Source: an uncultured virus (IMG/VR IMGVR_UViG_3300049167_000097)
Taxonomy: Duplodnaviria; Heunggongvirae; Uroviricota; Caudoviricetes
DNA length: 64,000 nt
Strand: one strand, 5' to 3'
Virus record (IMG/VR): IMGVR_UViG_3300049167_000097
Position numbers and translations under genes: made by a program
Notes under the pieces: generated by a model
What the model was told of the DNA's origin: nothing
Seen by the model: only the letters and a program-made list of their open reading frames with translations
Database searches by the model: none
In this document: positions 28,770 through 38,776 of the stretch, piece by piece
Layout of the letters: each line of letters starts with the position of its first letter
Numbering within the stretch: the first letter of the stretch is position 1

Positions 28770-28770
28770 G

Positions 28771-31700
28771 TCAGGCTCCCGTCATGGCGGGCCGGTGGAG
28801 CATGTCGTCCATGGCGAGGGCGTCGAGGATGCTGCGGCGGGAGGCGACTTCGCGGACGGCCGCGGTGTAGTGCAGGTGGCGGTCGCTGTTGATCTGGGTC
28901 TGCCGGATGTCGGTTCGGGAGACGTTCGCCGCGGTGGTGGAGCGCACCATGCGGGCCATGCTGGCGGCGGCAGCTGCGGCCTGCGGAGTCGCGGCCTGCA
29001 TGCCGCGGGCGAAACCCTGGACCGTGAACTGGCCAAGCTGGGCGAACACCTGACTCGGGCTCTTGATCTTCAGGGCCTTCTTGATGGCGTCCTGGATCTT
29101 CCTTGCCAGGGACGACATAGCGTCCGTGATCGCCTTCTCCTGGGCCTTCAGCCCGGACAGGAACCCTTGCCCGCTCTGGGTGCCTGCGTCGTACATGGCG
29201 TTCGCCGCGGCCTGGCCGTAGCCCGTCGCTGCCTTTCCGATCTGCGCCTGCACCGCGTTGAGGTCCCGCAGTTGGGCGTCGGTCGCCTTCACCAGCGCGG
29301 CGGCATACGGCGCGCCCTGGTCGGGGCCGGCCTGGATGATCTGCCCGAGGAGTTCCTTGGAGAGGCCCCGCTTGCCGAGCGTGGCCACGTTCTTCGAGAA
29401 GGCGTTCAGCTGCCCCAGGCGGACCTTGAGGCCGCTGATGATGCCCTCAGTCCCGAAAGGCTGGCCGGAGTTGGGCAGGCCGGTGAGGCTGGTGAAGTTG
29501 GCGGCGTTGCCGCTTGTCTCCTTGGCGAAGTCGGTGGCCTGCGTGATCGTGGCGCGGATCTTGTCCCGCTGGTCGGCGAGCTTCTTCAGCGCCGTGTTCT
29601 GTGTGGCGACCTGCTTCAACAGCTTGTCGTCGAGGGTGGTCTTGACGCCCTTGAACGCGGTCTTCAGGGCGTCGGCGACCTTCGTCATCGCTGCGTCGAT
29701 CTGCGACGCGGTGCCGCTGAGCTGCTGGAGGAACGTGCCGCCGATGCTGGCGGCGATCGGGCCGGTGTCGATGTTCTTGCCGCCGACCCGGATGACGCCG
29801 CCGGCCGCGTAGCCGCCGCGGCGGCCACGGCTGATCAGCGTGCCGCCTCCAACGATGCCGCCCAGCGCGTATCCGCCGCGACGGTCGTAGGCGGCCGACA
29901 AGGATCCGTACCGGGAGAGGGCGTAGCGCATGGAGGCATAGATGTTGGCCATCGGGTCGATCGAGACGCCGTACATGAAGGGGCCGGTGCTCTTGTACCG
30001 GCCTGCGTGGGCGCGGAAAGTCGGTCCGATGACCTGCATCAGGCCCACGGAGGGTGTGCCGTTGACCCAGTTGATGTCATTGCGGTTGACCGCCCGCGGG
30101 TTTCCGCCGGACTCCTGGTTCATGCGGCGCAGGGTCGTGTTGACCATGTTGAGGGACTGGCCGACCTGCCCGAGAGCTTGCTGCACGATGCCGCGCCACC
30201 GCTGAACGCCGCTGCCGGTGTCGCCGGTGTCGCCTTCGAGGTAGCGCATCGGGTCGACTGACTGGCCGTTGATGCGGGCCTCGAGGTGGAGGTGCGGGCC
30301 GGTCGTGTTGCCGGTGGCGCCGACCCGGCCGATCTGCTCGCCGCGCTTCACGGTGTCGGATGCCTTGGCGAGCATGGCGGACATGTGGGCGTAGAGCGAC
30401 GACAGGCCGCCCCCGTGGTTGACCTCGATGTGCTGTCCGTAGGCGCCGGTGTTGACGGCCTTGCGGACGATGCCTGAGTCGACGGCCCGTACCGGTGTGC
30501 CGGTCTTGGCAGGGAAGTCGAGGCCGGTGTGCCGGCCCGAGCTCCACATGGAGCCGCGCTTCCCGAACGGGGTGCCATACGGGGCGGATACGGGCTTGAG
30601 CCAGTCGCCTGTGCCTTCGGCGATGTCCTTGCCTCGGATGAAGTCGATGGTCTTGTCGATGAGGCCGATCGGCATCTGCCCGATGAGGCCGGGGAAGGTG
30701 TTCTTGTCGGCTCCGAGGGCTTTGCTGATGCCGGACTTGACGGGCTTGAACGCGGCTTCGGCGAGGTCTGCGAGGCCTCCGCGGACGACGTCGGCGCCCT
30801 TGCCGAGGGCTTTGGAGACGCCGGATGCGATTCCGGAGCCGATGTCGGACAGGCCGCCGAAGATGCCGCCTTCGGCGAAGCCCCGGAACTGGCTCAGGCT
30901 GCGTCCCGCCATGGCGGCAGCATTCACGGCGTGGAGGCGGGCCCGCTCATACGGGTCGCGCATGGCCTCCGACACGTAGACGCCCTCGCCGCGGCGCATG
31001 GGTACGAGCTGGTCGTCGCCGTCGCGCCACGTGGAGAAGCCGGGCAGGATGCCGCCTCGTGCGAAGCCCTTCGGGACCGGCATGGCCTTCAGGTCCGGCA
31101 CACCCGGGATCTTGGCGGCGGTCTTGTTCCAGACGCTGACGATGCCCTTGTTGTAGACGGTCTCGATCCAGAACTTCACCGGGCTCTTGACGAGGTTCTT
31201 GATGCCCTCCCAGATCTTCCCGAGGCCCTCCTTCACCTTGTCGAAGGCGTCCGTCAGGCCTCCGGCGAACTTGTCGAAGCCCTTCTGGACGAAGTCCCAT
31301 GCGGCGCGGGCCTTGTCCTTGATCCCGCCCCAGAGGGCCTCCCACTTCTCAACGATCTTGTCTTTGATCCAGGTGAAGATCTCGACGGCCTTGTCGCGGA
31401 GATCGGAAAACCACTGCAGGGCCCCGTTGACGATGTCGGGAATGATCGAGTGGCCCAGCAGAATGTCGAAGAGCCACTGGAACTTCTCGACGATCCACAC
31501 CACACCGTCGCTGACCGCCTTCACGAACCCGGTGATCCAGCCGACCACAGTGACGATGATCGGCAGCAGGAACCCCAGCGCTCCGCCGAGCACGGTCACC
31601 AGCAGCGTCGCGATCTCCGTGATGACCGGCATCAGCGGCGTCAGGATCTGGAGCAGCAACTGCGTCAGGGGCGGCAGCAGCTGGAGCACGGCCATGACGA

Positions 31701-34700
31701 CCTGCACGATCGCTGGGATCAGCGGCGTGAGTTCCGGCAGCAGTTCGGCGAACATGCCGACGACAGCCGCCAGGATCGGCGCCAGGGCGTTGACGGCCTC
31801 GACAAGGATCTGGCCGAGCAGCCCGCCCATTTCCGTGATGACGGGCGTGAGTGGCACGAGGATGGCGACGAGCAGATCAGCAAGGATGGTGACGATCTGC
31901 ACGAACAGCGGGATCAGCGGCGTGATGGCAGGCAGGAGCGCATTCAGCGCCTGCACGAAGATCGTGGCGAAGGTACCGGCCAGGAGGGCGACCAGGTCGA
32001 TCAGCGGTTTGATCGCTGGTTCCAGGGCCTTGAACGTGTCGGAGATGAGCTTGCCGATGAGTTCCACGACCGGGATCAGGGCGGTGATCACGGTGGTCAG
32101 CGGTCCGGCGAGCGCGGACACCAGCTGCACGATCACGTTGACGACCGTTGCGAGAATCGGCGCCAGGGCTGTGACGATCGCGCCGATCAGCTGACCGATC
32201 GGGGCGAGCAGCGGCGTGATGGCGGTGATGATGCCGATCAGCGCGTTGCCGAGGATGTCGATCACAGGCAGCAACGCGGTGATGATCGGCATCAGGGCTT
32301 GCCCGAGTGCCTCGGCAAGCCGGGCCAGGACCGGGCCCAACGCCTGGGCCAGTGCCGTGACCGTAGGGGCGAGCGCGGCGAGGAGCGGCAGGACCGCCTG
32401 GATGACCGCGCCCAGCACGCCCGCGATCAGGGTGGCGATTGCCTGCACCGCGGTGAAGATCGAGCGGAGTGCGGCCTGCACCTCGGGCAGGGCGGTGATG
32501 CGGCGGATCTCGGCGAGAGCCTCACCGATGACTGCGAAGAAGTCTCCGCCGGCGTCGGCTGCCGCGCCCATGACGTTCTTCAGGATGCCGAACAGGTCTC
32601 CGAGGACTTTCCCGAAGGCGACCGCGACGTCGAGGGCTGTGCTGATTGCCTCCTCGAGGGCGCCGGATTCCAGGCCGGCGGACAGCTTCGCCATGATGCG
32701 GTCCATCGCGGACCCGGCCCCGGCGGTCATCCTGTCCCATGCCGGGCCTGCGGCGACGGTGAGCTGCGCGAGCCCAGTGACGATCTGCCCGGGGATGCGG
32801 GACATGTTGTTGAGGCCGTTGTTGACGACGTCGAAGGCGCCCTGGAGTTGGCCGGTCTTCTCCAGGTTGGAGACCGCCGTGAGAGCGTTCCGGCCCATCA
32901 GGTTCAGCTCGCCTGCCGCGCCGACGAAACCGGCTCGCACTGTGGGGAGGATCTGCCCGCCGACCTGCTGGAGCCTGGTGCCGAGCCCGGCGAACAGGGC
33001 GTCCTGTACGTCAAGGCGCATGTCTCGCCAAGCGGGGGCCATTGCCTGCAGTACGCCGACGAACTGGCGGGCGTTCGGCGACAGTTTGGCGATGGCGGTG
33101 TCGAGCTTGCTGACCTGCGTGGCCGCGGCGAGTTGGGCGTCGGCCACGGCTCGGGTGGCGTCCGCGACGGCCCGGTGTGCGTCCTCGAGGCCGCGCTGCT
33201 GCTCCGCGACTTGTTCGTTCGCGGCTCGGATCCGTTCCTGCGCCTGTACGACCGCGTCGCTTCCTGCGACGCCGGCCTTGTTCGCGGCGGCGGTGTCTAT
33301 CTGGAGCCGCTTCTGCTGCCGGGTCTGCTCTTCCGCTGCGGCGCGTGCCCGCTGCAGGGCGAGGTCGGCCTGCTGGATCTGCAGTTGCGTGGCGGCGGGG
33401 TCGGTGCGTGTCTTCTGCAGGTCGAGTTCGGCCTGTTCGACGTCTAGGGCGGCCTGCTTCTGGTCCAGTGCACCTTGCCGGAGGCGTTGGTTCATGTCTT
33501 CGAGGTCGCGGGTGGCCTGGCGGCGTGCTGCCGAGAGTTCGGCCTGCGCCTGGCGAGCTGCGCGCTGTGCCTGCGACAGGCTCCGCTCGGCATCGGCGAC
33601 GCCGCGCTGGGCGTTCGCCAGGTTCCGCTGAGCGGACTCGACCTGCCGGGTCGCCGTTGCTGCGGCCTTCGACTCGGCGGAGGTGTCAGCGAAGGCGGCC
33701 TTGATGGCGTCGCCGACGCCGCTCGCACCGAGCTTGATCGCCCCGAACGCGGTCGCCAGCGTCAGGACGGCGGGTGCGGCAGTGGCGGCCAGTGGTCCCA
33801 TCTGGGCTATTGCCGAGCCCAGCGCGGCAAGTTGCGGTGTGGCCAGCAGCGCTGCGCCGGCGAGCGTGGCGATGCGGCTGCTGAACATGCCGATCCCGGC
33901 TGCGCCGCCTCCGCTGGAGCCGAGGTTGCCTAGTGCTCCGGTGAGCGCGGCGAGGCCGAGTGTCCGGACCCGGACGCTCATGGTGCGGTCGCGCGTGAGG
34001 AACGTCAGTGCCGTGTTCGCGGCTGCGGTGTCCGCGCGGGCGGTAATGCCGACCTGGCGGCGGCGTGTCAGGTTCGCCAGGTCGTTGGCGGCGACCCTGG
34101 TGTCTACGTCCGCGCCGATCCGGACGCGACGGTTGCGGATCAGGTTCTGGATCTCGTTCGCTGCAACCCGGGTGTCGACGGTGGCGCGGATGTTGACGAC
34201 GCGGTCCTTGCACAGCTTGTCGAGGGCTGTCTCAACACGTTTGGATGCGGCGTCATTGATCGTGGGGACGATGTCGACTTCAGCTGCGGCGTCGCGTGTG
34301 AGCTTCTTCAGGGCGGTGTCGGCTGCTGCTGTGTCAAGGGAGACCTTGACGTTGATCGTGCGGTCGGCGGTGAGCTTGTCGAGCGCCTTCTTGGCGGTGT
34401 CGTCGTCGAGATCGAAGTCGATCGAGATGGTGCGGTCGGCTGTGAGCTTGTCGAGCTTGGTCTTGGCTGCCTTCTCGGCCTTGTCGTCGATCTCGGCCGT
34501 GATCTTGACGGTGCGGGCCTTGGTCAGTCGGTCGAGCTTGGCCAAGGCCAATGTGTCCTGGAGGTCGACCCCGACGCGCACGGTCGGTGTCGCGGAGGCG
34601 AGCTTGCGGCGGATCCCGTCGAGGATCTCATCGCCGGCGGTCTCGCCAGCCAGGCGTGCGGGCTGGCGGACTGCCTTGGGCAGCTGGACGCGGAGGACGT

Positions 34701-34767
34701 CGCCGAAGTTTGACGTGTCGGGGATCAGTGATACCCGGGTGCGTCCGACGACGGTGGGCTCCGCCAT
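28771..34767 (-). CDS. Tape measure protein with M23 peptidase and lytic transglycosylase domains
   Basis: 1998 aa; amphipathic repeats; HTGLD...YAHM...GPHLH; QESGGN...SVGLMQV. Confidence 0.93.
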   Translation of the reverse strand: MAEPTVVGRTRVSLIPDTSNFGDVLRVQLPKAVRQPARLAGETAGDEILDGIRRKLASATPTVRVGVDLQDTLALAKLDRLTKARTVKITAEIDDKAEKAAKTKLDKLTADRTISIDFDLDDDTAKKALDKLTADRTINVKVSLDTAAADTALKKLTRDAAAEVDIVPTINDAASKRVETALDKLCKDRVVNIRATVDTRVAANEIQNLIRNRRVRIGADVDTRVAANDLANLTRRRQVGITARADTAAANTALTFLTRDRTMSVRVRTLGLAALTGALGNLGSSGGGAAGIGMFSSRIATLAGAALLATPQLAALGSAIAQMGPLAATAAPAVLTLATAFGAIKLGASGVGDAIKAAFADTSAESKAAATATRQVESAQRNLANAQRGVADAERSLSQAQRAARQAQAELSAARRQATRDLEDMNQRLRQGALDQKQAALDVEQAELDLQKTRTDPAATQLQIQQADLALQRARAAAEEQTRQQKRLQIDTAAANKAGVAGSDAVVQAQERIRAANEQVAEQQRGLEDAHRAVADATRAVADAQLAAATQVSKLDTAIAKLSPNARQFVGVLQAMAPAWRDMRLDVQDALFAGLGTRLQQVGGQILPTVRAGFVGAAGELNLMGRNALTAVSNLEKTGQLQGAFDVVNNGLNNMSRIPGQIVTGLAQLTVAAGPAWDRMTAGAGSAMDRIMAKLSAGLESGALEEAISTALDVAVAFGKVLGDLFGILKNVMGAAADAGGDFFAVIGEALAEIRRITALPEVQAALRSIFTAVQAIATLIAGVLGAVIQAVLPLLAALAPTVTALAQALGPVLARLAEALGQALMPIITALLPVIDILGNALIGIITAITPLLAPIGQLIGAIVTALAPILATVVNVIVQLVSALAGPLTTVITALIPVVELIGKLISDTFKALEPAIKPLIDLVALLAGTFATIFVQALNALLPAITPLIPLFVQIVTILADLLVAILVPLTPVITEMGGLLGQILVEAVNALAPILAAVVGMFAELLPELTPLIPAIVQVVMAVLQLLPPLTQLLLQILTPLMPVITEIATLLVTVLGGALGFLLPIIVTVVGWITGFVKAVSDGVVWIVEKFQWLFDILLGHSIIPDIVNGALQWFSDLRDKAVEIFTWIKDKIVEKWEALWGGIKDKARAAWDFVQKGFDKFAGGLTDAFDKVKEGLGKIWEGIKNLVKSPVKFWIETVYNKGIVSVWNKTAAKIPGVPDLKAMPVPKGFARGGILPGFSTWRDGDDQLVPMRRGEGVYVSEAMRDPYERARLHAVNAAAMAGRSLSQFRGFAEGGIFGGLSDIGSGIASGVSKALGKGADVVRGGLADLAEAAFKPVKSGISKALGADKNTFPGLIGQMPIGLIDKTIDFIRGKDIAEGTGDWLKPVSAPYGTPFGKRGSMWSSGRHTGLDFPAKTGTPVRAVDSGIVRKAVNTGAYGQHIEVNHGGGLSSLYAHMSAMLAKASDTVKRGEQIGRVGATGNTTGPHLHLEARINGQSVDPMRYLEGDTGDTGSGVQRWRGIVQQALGQVGQSLNMVNTTLRRMNQESGGNPRAVNRNDINWVNGTPSVGLMQVIGPTFRAHAGRYKSTGPFMYGVSIDPMANIYASMRYALSRYGSLSAAYDRRGGYALGGIVGGGTLISRGRRGGYAAGGVIRVGGKNIDTGPIAASIGGTFLQQLSGTASQIDAAMTKVADALKTAFKGVKTTLDDKLLKQVATQNTALKKLADQRDKIRATITQATDFAKETSGNAANFTSLTGLPNSGQPFGTEGIISGLKVRLGQLNAFSKNVATLGKRGLSKELLGQIIQAGPDQGAPYAAALVKATDAQLRDLNAVQAQIGKAATGYGQAAANAMYDAGTQSGQGFLSGLKAQEKAITDAMSSLARKIQDAIKKALKIKSPSQVFAQLGQFTVQGFARGMQAATPQAAAAAASMARMVRSTTAANVSRTDIRQTQINSDRHLHYTAAVREVASRRSILDALAMDDMLHRPAMTGA

Positions 34768-34781
34768 GCTGCCCTCCCCTC

Positions 34782-35276
34782 CTACGCGTTCTCGAGCTCG
34801 CGAATTTTTGCGGCCCAGTGGTCGAGCTCTGCCTGATCGCCTGGTGTCCAGCCGGGCGAGTACTGGTTGAGGAGCGCCTCGCTGTACGCGACGCCTGCCG
34901 CTTCGAGTTCGGTCTGCCGATCGTCGATGTCACGGGCTGGCGCGTCGATGCTGTCCATGTCCGGCGGATTGCCCTTGAGGTGGGCAATCCACAAGATTCG
35001 GATCATGAGGAGGAGCGCGTTGTAGGAGGCGGCGTGGAGGTAGGTGTCCTGTGTCCAGCGCCGGTCGTCGACGTCTCCTGCTTCGGCGGCTTTGGTGGCG
35101 GAGTCCTCGGGCATGGCGTCGACCAGGTCGCGTAGTTCGGCCCAGTTCATCGTGCCTTCGCCCCAGGACATGGCCCAGAACTCTTCTAGGCGGCGGCCGG
35201 GGTAGTAGCGCTGGATGTCGGCGCGGACGGCTCCGGGGTGCTCTCGGAGGAGGGCGAGGAGCCTGAGCCTTCCCCC
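34782..35276 (-). CDS. Tail assembly chaperone GT extension (-1 frameshift frame)
   Basis: -1 frame after GGGGGAA reads RLRLLALLREHPGAVRADIQRYY...MSWGEG to stop at 34782. Confidence 0.8.
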   Translation of the reverse strand, partial: GGRLRLLALLREHPGAVRADIQRYYPGRRLEEFWAMSWGEGTMNWAELRDLVDAMPEDSATKAAEAGDVDDRRWTQDTYLHAASYNALLLMIRILWIAHLKGNPPDMDSIDAPARDIDDRQTELEAAGVAYSEALLNQYSPGWTPGDQAELDHWAAKIRELENA

Positions 35277-35599
35277 GCAGTGGTGCCCGCCTGCCCGTCC
35301 ATCTCCTCGATGATCTCCTTGAGTTCGCCGACGGTGAGCTTTGCGACCTTCACGAGCCGGTCGAAGGCGTCCTGCGGGCTGGCGATCTCGCGGAGGACGT
35401 TGAGGTTGGCGTTTCCACCCTTCTCCTCGACCTCCTCGATGACCTCGAGCGGCCAGTTGTCCTGGACGGGGAACGTGCAGGTCTCCTCGTAGCCGTGCTC
35501 GTTCTCGAAGACGATGTCGACGAACTGGAGCTTCGCGGCGTGGGCGCGCTGGGCGCGCATCTGCTGGAGACGGATGACCTTACGGTTGGGCTTCGACAT
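35186..35599 (-). CDS. Tail assembly chaperone G
   Basis: Between MTP and TMP; slippery site 35270-35276. Confidence 0.85.
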   Translation of the reverse strand: MSKPNRKVIRLQQMRAQRAHAAKLQFVDIVFENEHGYEETCTFPVQDNWPLEVIEEVEEKGGNANLNVLREIASPQDAFDRLVKVAKLTVGELKEIIEEMDGQAGTTAGEGSGSSPSSESTPEPSAPTSSATTPAAA

Positions 35600-35617
35600 G
35601 GGAGAGCGTCCTTCACT

Positions 35618-35695
35618 TGGGCAGGGGCGGGGCGGGAGCTATGCAGGTGGCCTGTCGTGCCGCCCCCGCCCAGGAGATGAGCGCGACAGGCCACC
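35618..35695 (-). other. Predicted pseudoknot/alternative RNA structure in MTP-TAC intergenic region
   Basis: 12-bp stem 35646-57/35684-95 and crossing 13-bp stem 35618-30/35660-72. Confidence 0.55.
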
Positions 35696-35704
35696 AGTCG
35701 GGGG

Positions 35705-36295
35705 TTACGGCGTCGGGAGTTCGACCTCGGTGATGAAGTGCTGCACAGACTGGGCACCGCCCGGTGCGGCGAGCGCCGTGAACGTCAGCTCGTAGTTCGA
35801 GGAGTCCTCAGCGGAGTGCTTGCGCGCGCCGCGGTCGGAGACGCCGGTGCGGGCGATCATGATGCGGTGGCGCTTGCCGCCGTAGATGACGTCCAGGCCG
35901 AGTGCGATCTCCACTGTGTCCTGCGTCGATCCGGAGCCGAAGCTGACGAACTGCTTCGTTGCCGGCGGCCCTACCGCAGCGGCCGTCGAGGTCATGTTGG
36001 CCATCTGCACTTGGTAGTAAAGGGACAGCAGACGGGCGGTGGTCTCGCGGAACGTCAGCTTGAACGTCTGGGTGCGCTTGCGCGCGAGGTCGACGACGGG
36101 CGCGTCCTCTCCCCATGCGTCGAGCTGGGTCCGCTCCTCGGCCATGGCCTCCTCGAGGCCGTCCGGGGTGATGAACCCCATGTCGACGAACCCGGTGGGC
36201 CAAGCCACTTCGGGCCCGGTGGGAAAGGTCGTACCGACTTCGGCGGCGTAGGCCTTGCCCGCTACACCGACGATGATGTTGTCAGAGTCGCCCAC
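35705..36295 (-). CDS. Major tail protein
   Basis: Position; DMGFITPDGL...DAWG motif. Confidence 0.85.
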   Translation of the reverse strand: MGDSDNIIVGVAGKAYAAEVGTTFPTGPEVAWPTGFVDMGFITPDGLEEAMAEERTQLDAWGEDAPVVDLARKRTQTFKLTFRETTARLLSLYYQVQMANMTSTAAAVGPPATKQFVSFGSGSTQDTVEIALGLDVIYGGKRHRIMIARTGVSDRGARKHSAEDSSNYELTFTALAAPGGAQSVQHFITEVELPTP

Positions 36296-36305
36296 GACGG
36301 GCCTC

Positions 36306-36737
36306 CTAGCTTGTCGGGAGGGGTGGGCGAACGCTCATCCCCAGGATCATGCCGACGCGGAACACGTCGGCGTTGAGGTCTTCTGGACGGTCTTGCGGGC
36401 CGGTCTCCTGACTGATCCGAGTGACCTCACCGCCGGGCGTGGCCTGGTTGGGCAGCAGTTCCCAGACATCGCAGACCCGGATGGCCAACCGCATCGCGGC
36501 ACCGTCTGTGGCTGCGTAGCAGTCGACGGAAAGGCGAGGGTTGTCCCGAGTGGCGGGGTCGCTCCAGCCGCGCATGTCCCTGGTGCCGCCGACTCGGAGC
36601 ACCCTGACGGCGGGCAGCACGGCGTTCAGCGCCACGCCTTCGGGCAGCCTCCCTGTGACGTGCACTCCGTCCAGGGCGGCGGCGAGGAGGTCGATGGCGA
36701 CCTGCTTGCCGTCGAGGTCGGTCAGCGGCGTGGTCAT
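36306..36737 (-). CDS. Tail terminator protein
   Basis: Position; VRVLRVGG...SVDCYA. Confidence 0.7.
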   Translation of the reverse strand: MTTPLTDLDGKQVAIDLLAAALDGVHVTGRLPEGVALNAVLPAVRVLRVGGTRDMRGWSDPATRDNPRLSVDCYAATDGAAMRLAIRVCDVWELLPNQATPGGEVTRISQETGPQDRPEDLNADVFRVGMILGMSVRPPLPTS

Positions 36738-36739
36738 GG

Positions 36740-36934
36740 CTACTTGCCTGCGGCCTTGGCCGGCTCGCTGCCGGTCGTCGGGGCCTTGGGCGCGGGCGCA
36801 GCCTTCGGGGCGGTCTCGGCGAGTTCGCCGAATCCCTTCCAGCGGTGGACCTCGTCGGCGGGGATTTCGATCACGTCGCCGGGCATCTGCTTGCCTCGGG
36901 GGAACGTGAGCCGCATCTTGACGGTGTCAGTCAT
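36740..36934 (-). CDS. Small hypothetical protein
   Basis: AAGGAGG RBS. Confidence 0.6.
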   Translation of the reverse strand: MTDTVKMRLTFPRGKQMPGDVIEIPADEVHRWKGFGELAETAPKAAPAPKAPTTGSEPAKAAGK

Positions 36935-37151
36935 TGTGGGCCTCCTTGGGGGTGTCGTCTCCGGGCCGGACAACGCCCTCGTCGAGGAGCCTTGCGACGA
37001 CCGCGATCATCAGGTTCTTGTTCTGGTCCGGTACGTCGGTCCAGGGCTTCCGGGAGGCTTCACGGGTCTCGTAGCCGTGCGAGGGTGCGAGATCCTCATA
37101 CGCCTCGTGGAAGCGGCGAGCGATGCCTTCGGCCGTACCTGGATCAGACAT
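36927..37151 (-). CDS. Small hypothetical protein
   Basis: AGGAGG RBS. Confidence 0.55.
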   Translation of the reverse strand: MSDPGTAEGIARRFHEAYEDLAPSHGYETREASRKPWTDVPDQNKNLMIAVVARLLDEGVVRPGDDTPKEAHND

Positions 37152-37470
37152 CGTGATCGCCTCCTGAGGCGTCGAGAGCGTGGGACATCGTGTGGTGGGG
37201 GCGGTGGATCGCCTTGCCATGTCGATCCCGCTGCGTGGTGCCGTGCTCGACGTAGTAGGAGTGCTCTGCGTCAGCGTCGACGTGCCACGTGCCGTCCGGG
37301 TCTGGCTCATCCACGAGGTGGATCAGGTCCCTGAATTCGCCTGTGTAGACAGGTGCCGTGGCCTTGGCGATGTCCTCGACCCGCTGCATGCGGCCACGGA
37401 AGTCGTCCATCACCTGGGGCGTGAGGGGCAGTGCCGCAATGGCGTCTTCGAAGATTTCGACGTCGGTCAT
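37144..37470 (-). CDS. HK97 gp10-like tail completion protein
   Basis: AKATAPVYTG...YVEHGT motif. Confidence 0.7.
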   Translation of the reverse strand: MTDVEIFEDAIAALPLTPQVMDDFRGRMQRVEDIAKATAPVYTGEFRDLIHLVDEPDPDGTWHVDADAEHSYYVEHGTTQRDRHGKAIHRPHHTMSHALDASGGDHDV

Positions 37471-37805
37471 CCGGCTACCTCCAGCAGGCGAATGACCTGG
37501 CCGGACAGGCGGCCGGCTTCCTGGGTGTCGTCGGGGACGCCGTCGACTTCCCAGGTGCGGCCGTCCCACTCGACCCGCTGCCACTCCGACACCTTCGGGG
37601 CGCGGCGCGGCATGACCAGCTCGGCAGTGGTGACGGTCTGGTCCTTGGCTTCCTTCGACTCGCGGGAGCTCGTGTAGTCGACTGTGCAACCCGAGACGGG
37701 AGTTCGGGAGGCGTGCTCCCAGTCCCGCACTTCGGCGTTGTAGTCGCCCACGATCAGCGGCGCGTCCAGCAGCACCACCGCCTGGCGTCCGATCGGCCCC
37801 GGCAT
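37467..37805 (-). CDS. Head-tail stopper protein
   Basis: RVEWDGRTWEVDGVP; position. Confidence 0.7.
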   Translation of the reverse strand: MPGPIGRQAVVLLDAPLIVGDYNAEVRDWEHASRTPVSGCTVDYTSSRESKEAKDQTVTTAELVMPRRAPKVSEWQRVEWDGRTWEVDGVPDDTQEAGRLSGQVIRLLEVAG

Positions 37806-38188
37806 CAACCCACCACCACCGGATAGATGGTGAGCAGACCGGCGTTCCGCAGCACATCGGCTGCGGCCGGCGCCAGGCGCGGAGTCTTCGCAGACCCGCC
37901 GCTTCCGCTGCTGCGGGCGAAGCGACTGTAGGACCGTTTGCCTGTCGACTCGGACTGGATATCCGAGCGTGCGCCCGTCTCGTCGTCGCCCTCCATCACC
38001 CAATGCACCTGCCGCACGCACGCCTTGGCGAGCACGGCCTGCACCCCGGGGTCGTCCACGTCGTAGGCGACCCCGTGAAGGGCGGTGTCGATCCGGTCCG
38101 AGGCCAGCTCGAGCAGGCGCACCGCATTCGCGGGCGCCGGCTCAGGGTCGAGCCAGTCCTCAAGCTGGGAGACGGTCGCGTAGGCCAC
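37805..38188 (-). CDS. Head-tail adaptor
   Basis: MAYATVSQL...LLELASDRID; position. Confidence 0.75.
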   Translation of the reverse strand: MAYATVSQLEDWLDPEPAPANAVRLLELASDRIDTALHGVAYDVDDPGVQAVLAKACVRQVHWVMEGDDETGARSDIQSESTGKRSYSRFARSSGSGGSAKTPRLAPAAADVLRNAGLLTIYPVVVG

Positions 38189-38191
38189 TGG

Positions 38192-38776
38192 CTACTCCTG
38201 CTCCTCGGGCTGCTCGCTTTCGCGGGCGTCCTCGACGACCTGGGCGTAGTCCTGGCACTCCTGCTTGGTGGCGTCCTTCGCCTGCTCGGGATCCATACCG
38301 AGAGCGATGGCGTAGGTCCGCCAGTCGGCGACCTTGGCGTTCGCGGCAGGCTTGTCGGGGAGTTCCGTGGCCGGCGTGGCCGGAGAGTCCGGGTCGTCGT
38401 TCGGCACCGGCGCCTGGACGTCCTCGCCGAGAGCCTCCTCGTGCGCTGCCACCCACTCCTGCAGCTGGGTCAGGGTGAGCGAGTAGGCGTGGTCAGCCAG
38501 CAGTCCGAGAGAAACCGCGTAGGTGGCCCACTCCTTAGCCGACGCCCCCTCAGCGGGCTTCTCGCCCACGGGCGGCTTGGTGCCGATCCGGTCGGCGGTC
38601 TTGGCCTCGGCTCCGTCTACGACGACGAGGCTCTTGTCCCCCGCCTCCACGTTCGGCGCGTCGCCCTTGGCGGGTACGAGCTGGCCGCGGGCGATCTGCT
38701 TGGCCATCTCCCCGGACGGCGGGTCGTCGAGATGCAGGCGCATCCCGCCCGTTCCGATGTACTCGCGGCGCCCCAT
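38192..38776 (-). CDS. Hypothetical head-region protein with two internal repeats
   Basis: KPAEGASAKEWATYA / KPAANAKVADWRTYA. Confidence 0.65.
   Translation of the reverse strand: MGRREYIGTGGMRLHLDDPPSGEMAKQIARGQLVPAKGDAPNVEAGDKSLVVVDGAEAKTADRIGTKPPVGEKPAEGASAKEWATYAVSLGLLADHAYSLTLTQLQEWVAAHEEALGEDVQAPVPNDDPDSPATPATELPDKPAANAKVADWRTYAIALGMDPEQAKDATKQECQDYAQVVEDARESEQPEEQE

Noticed and set aside
30529..33447. 972-aa plus-strand ORF and similar long ORFs (3030..5108, 28753..30261, 24393..25724, 57944..59494)
   Set aside because: Antisense or off-frame shadows of real genes, expected in high-GC DNA; no recognisable motifs.
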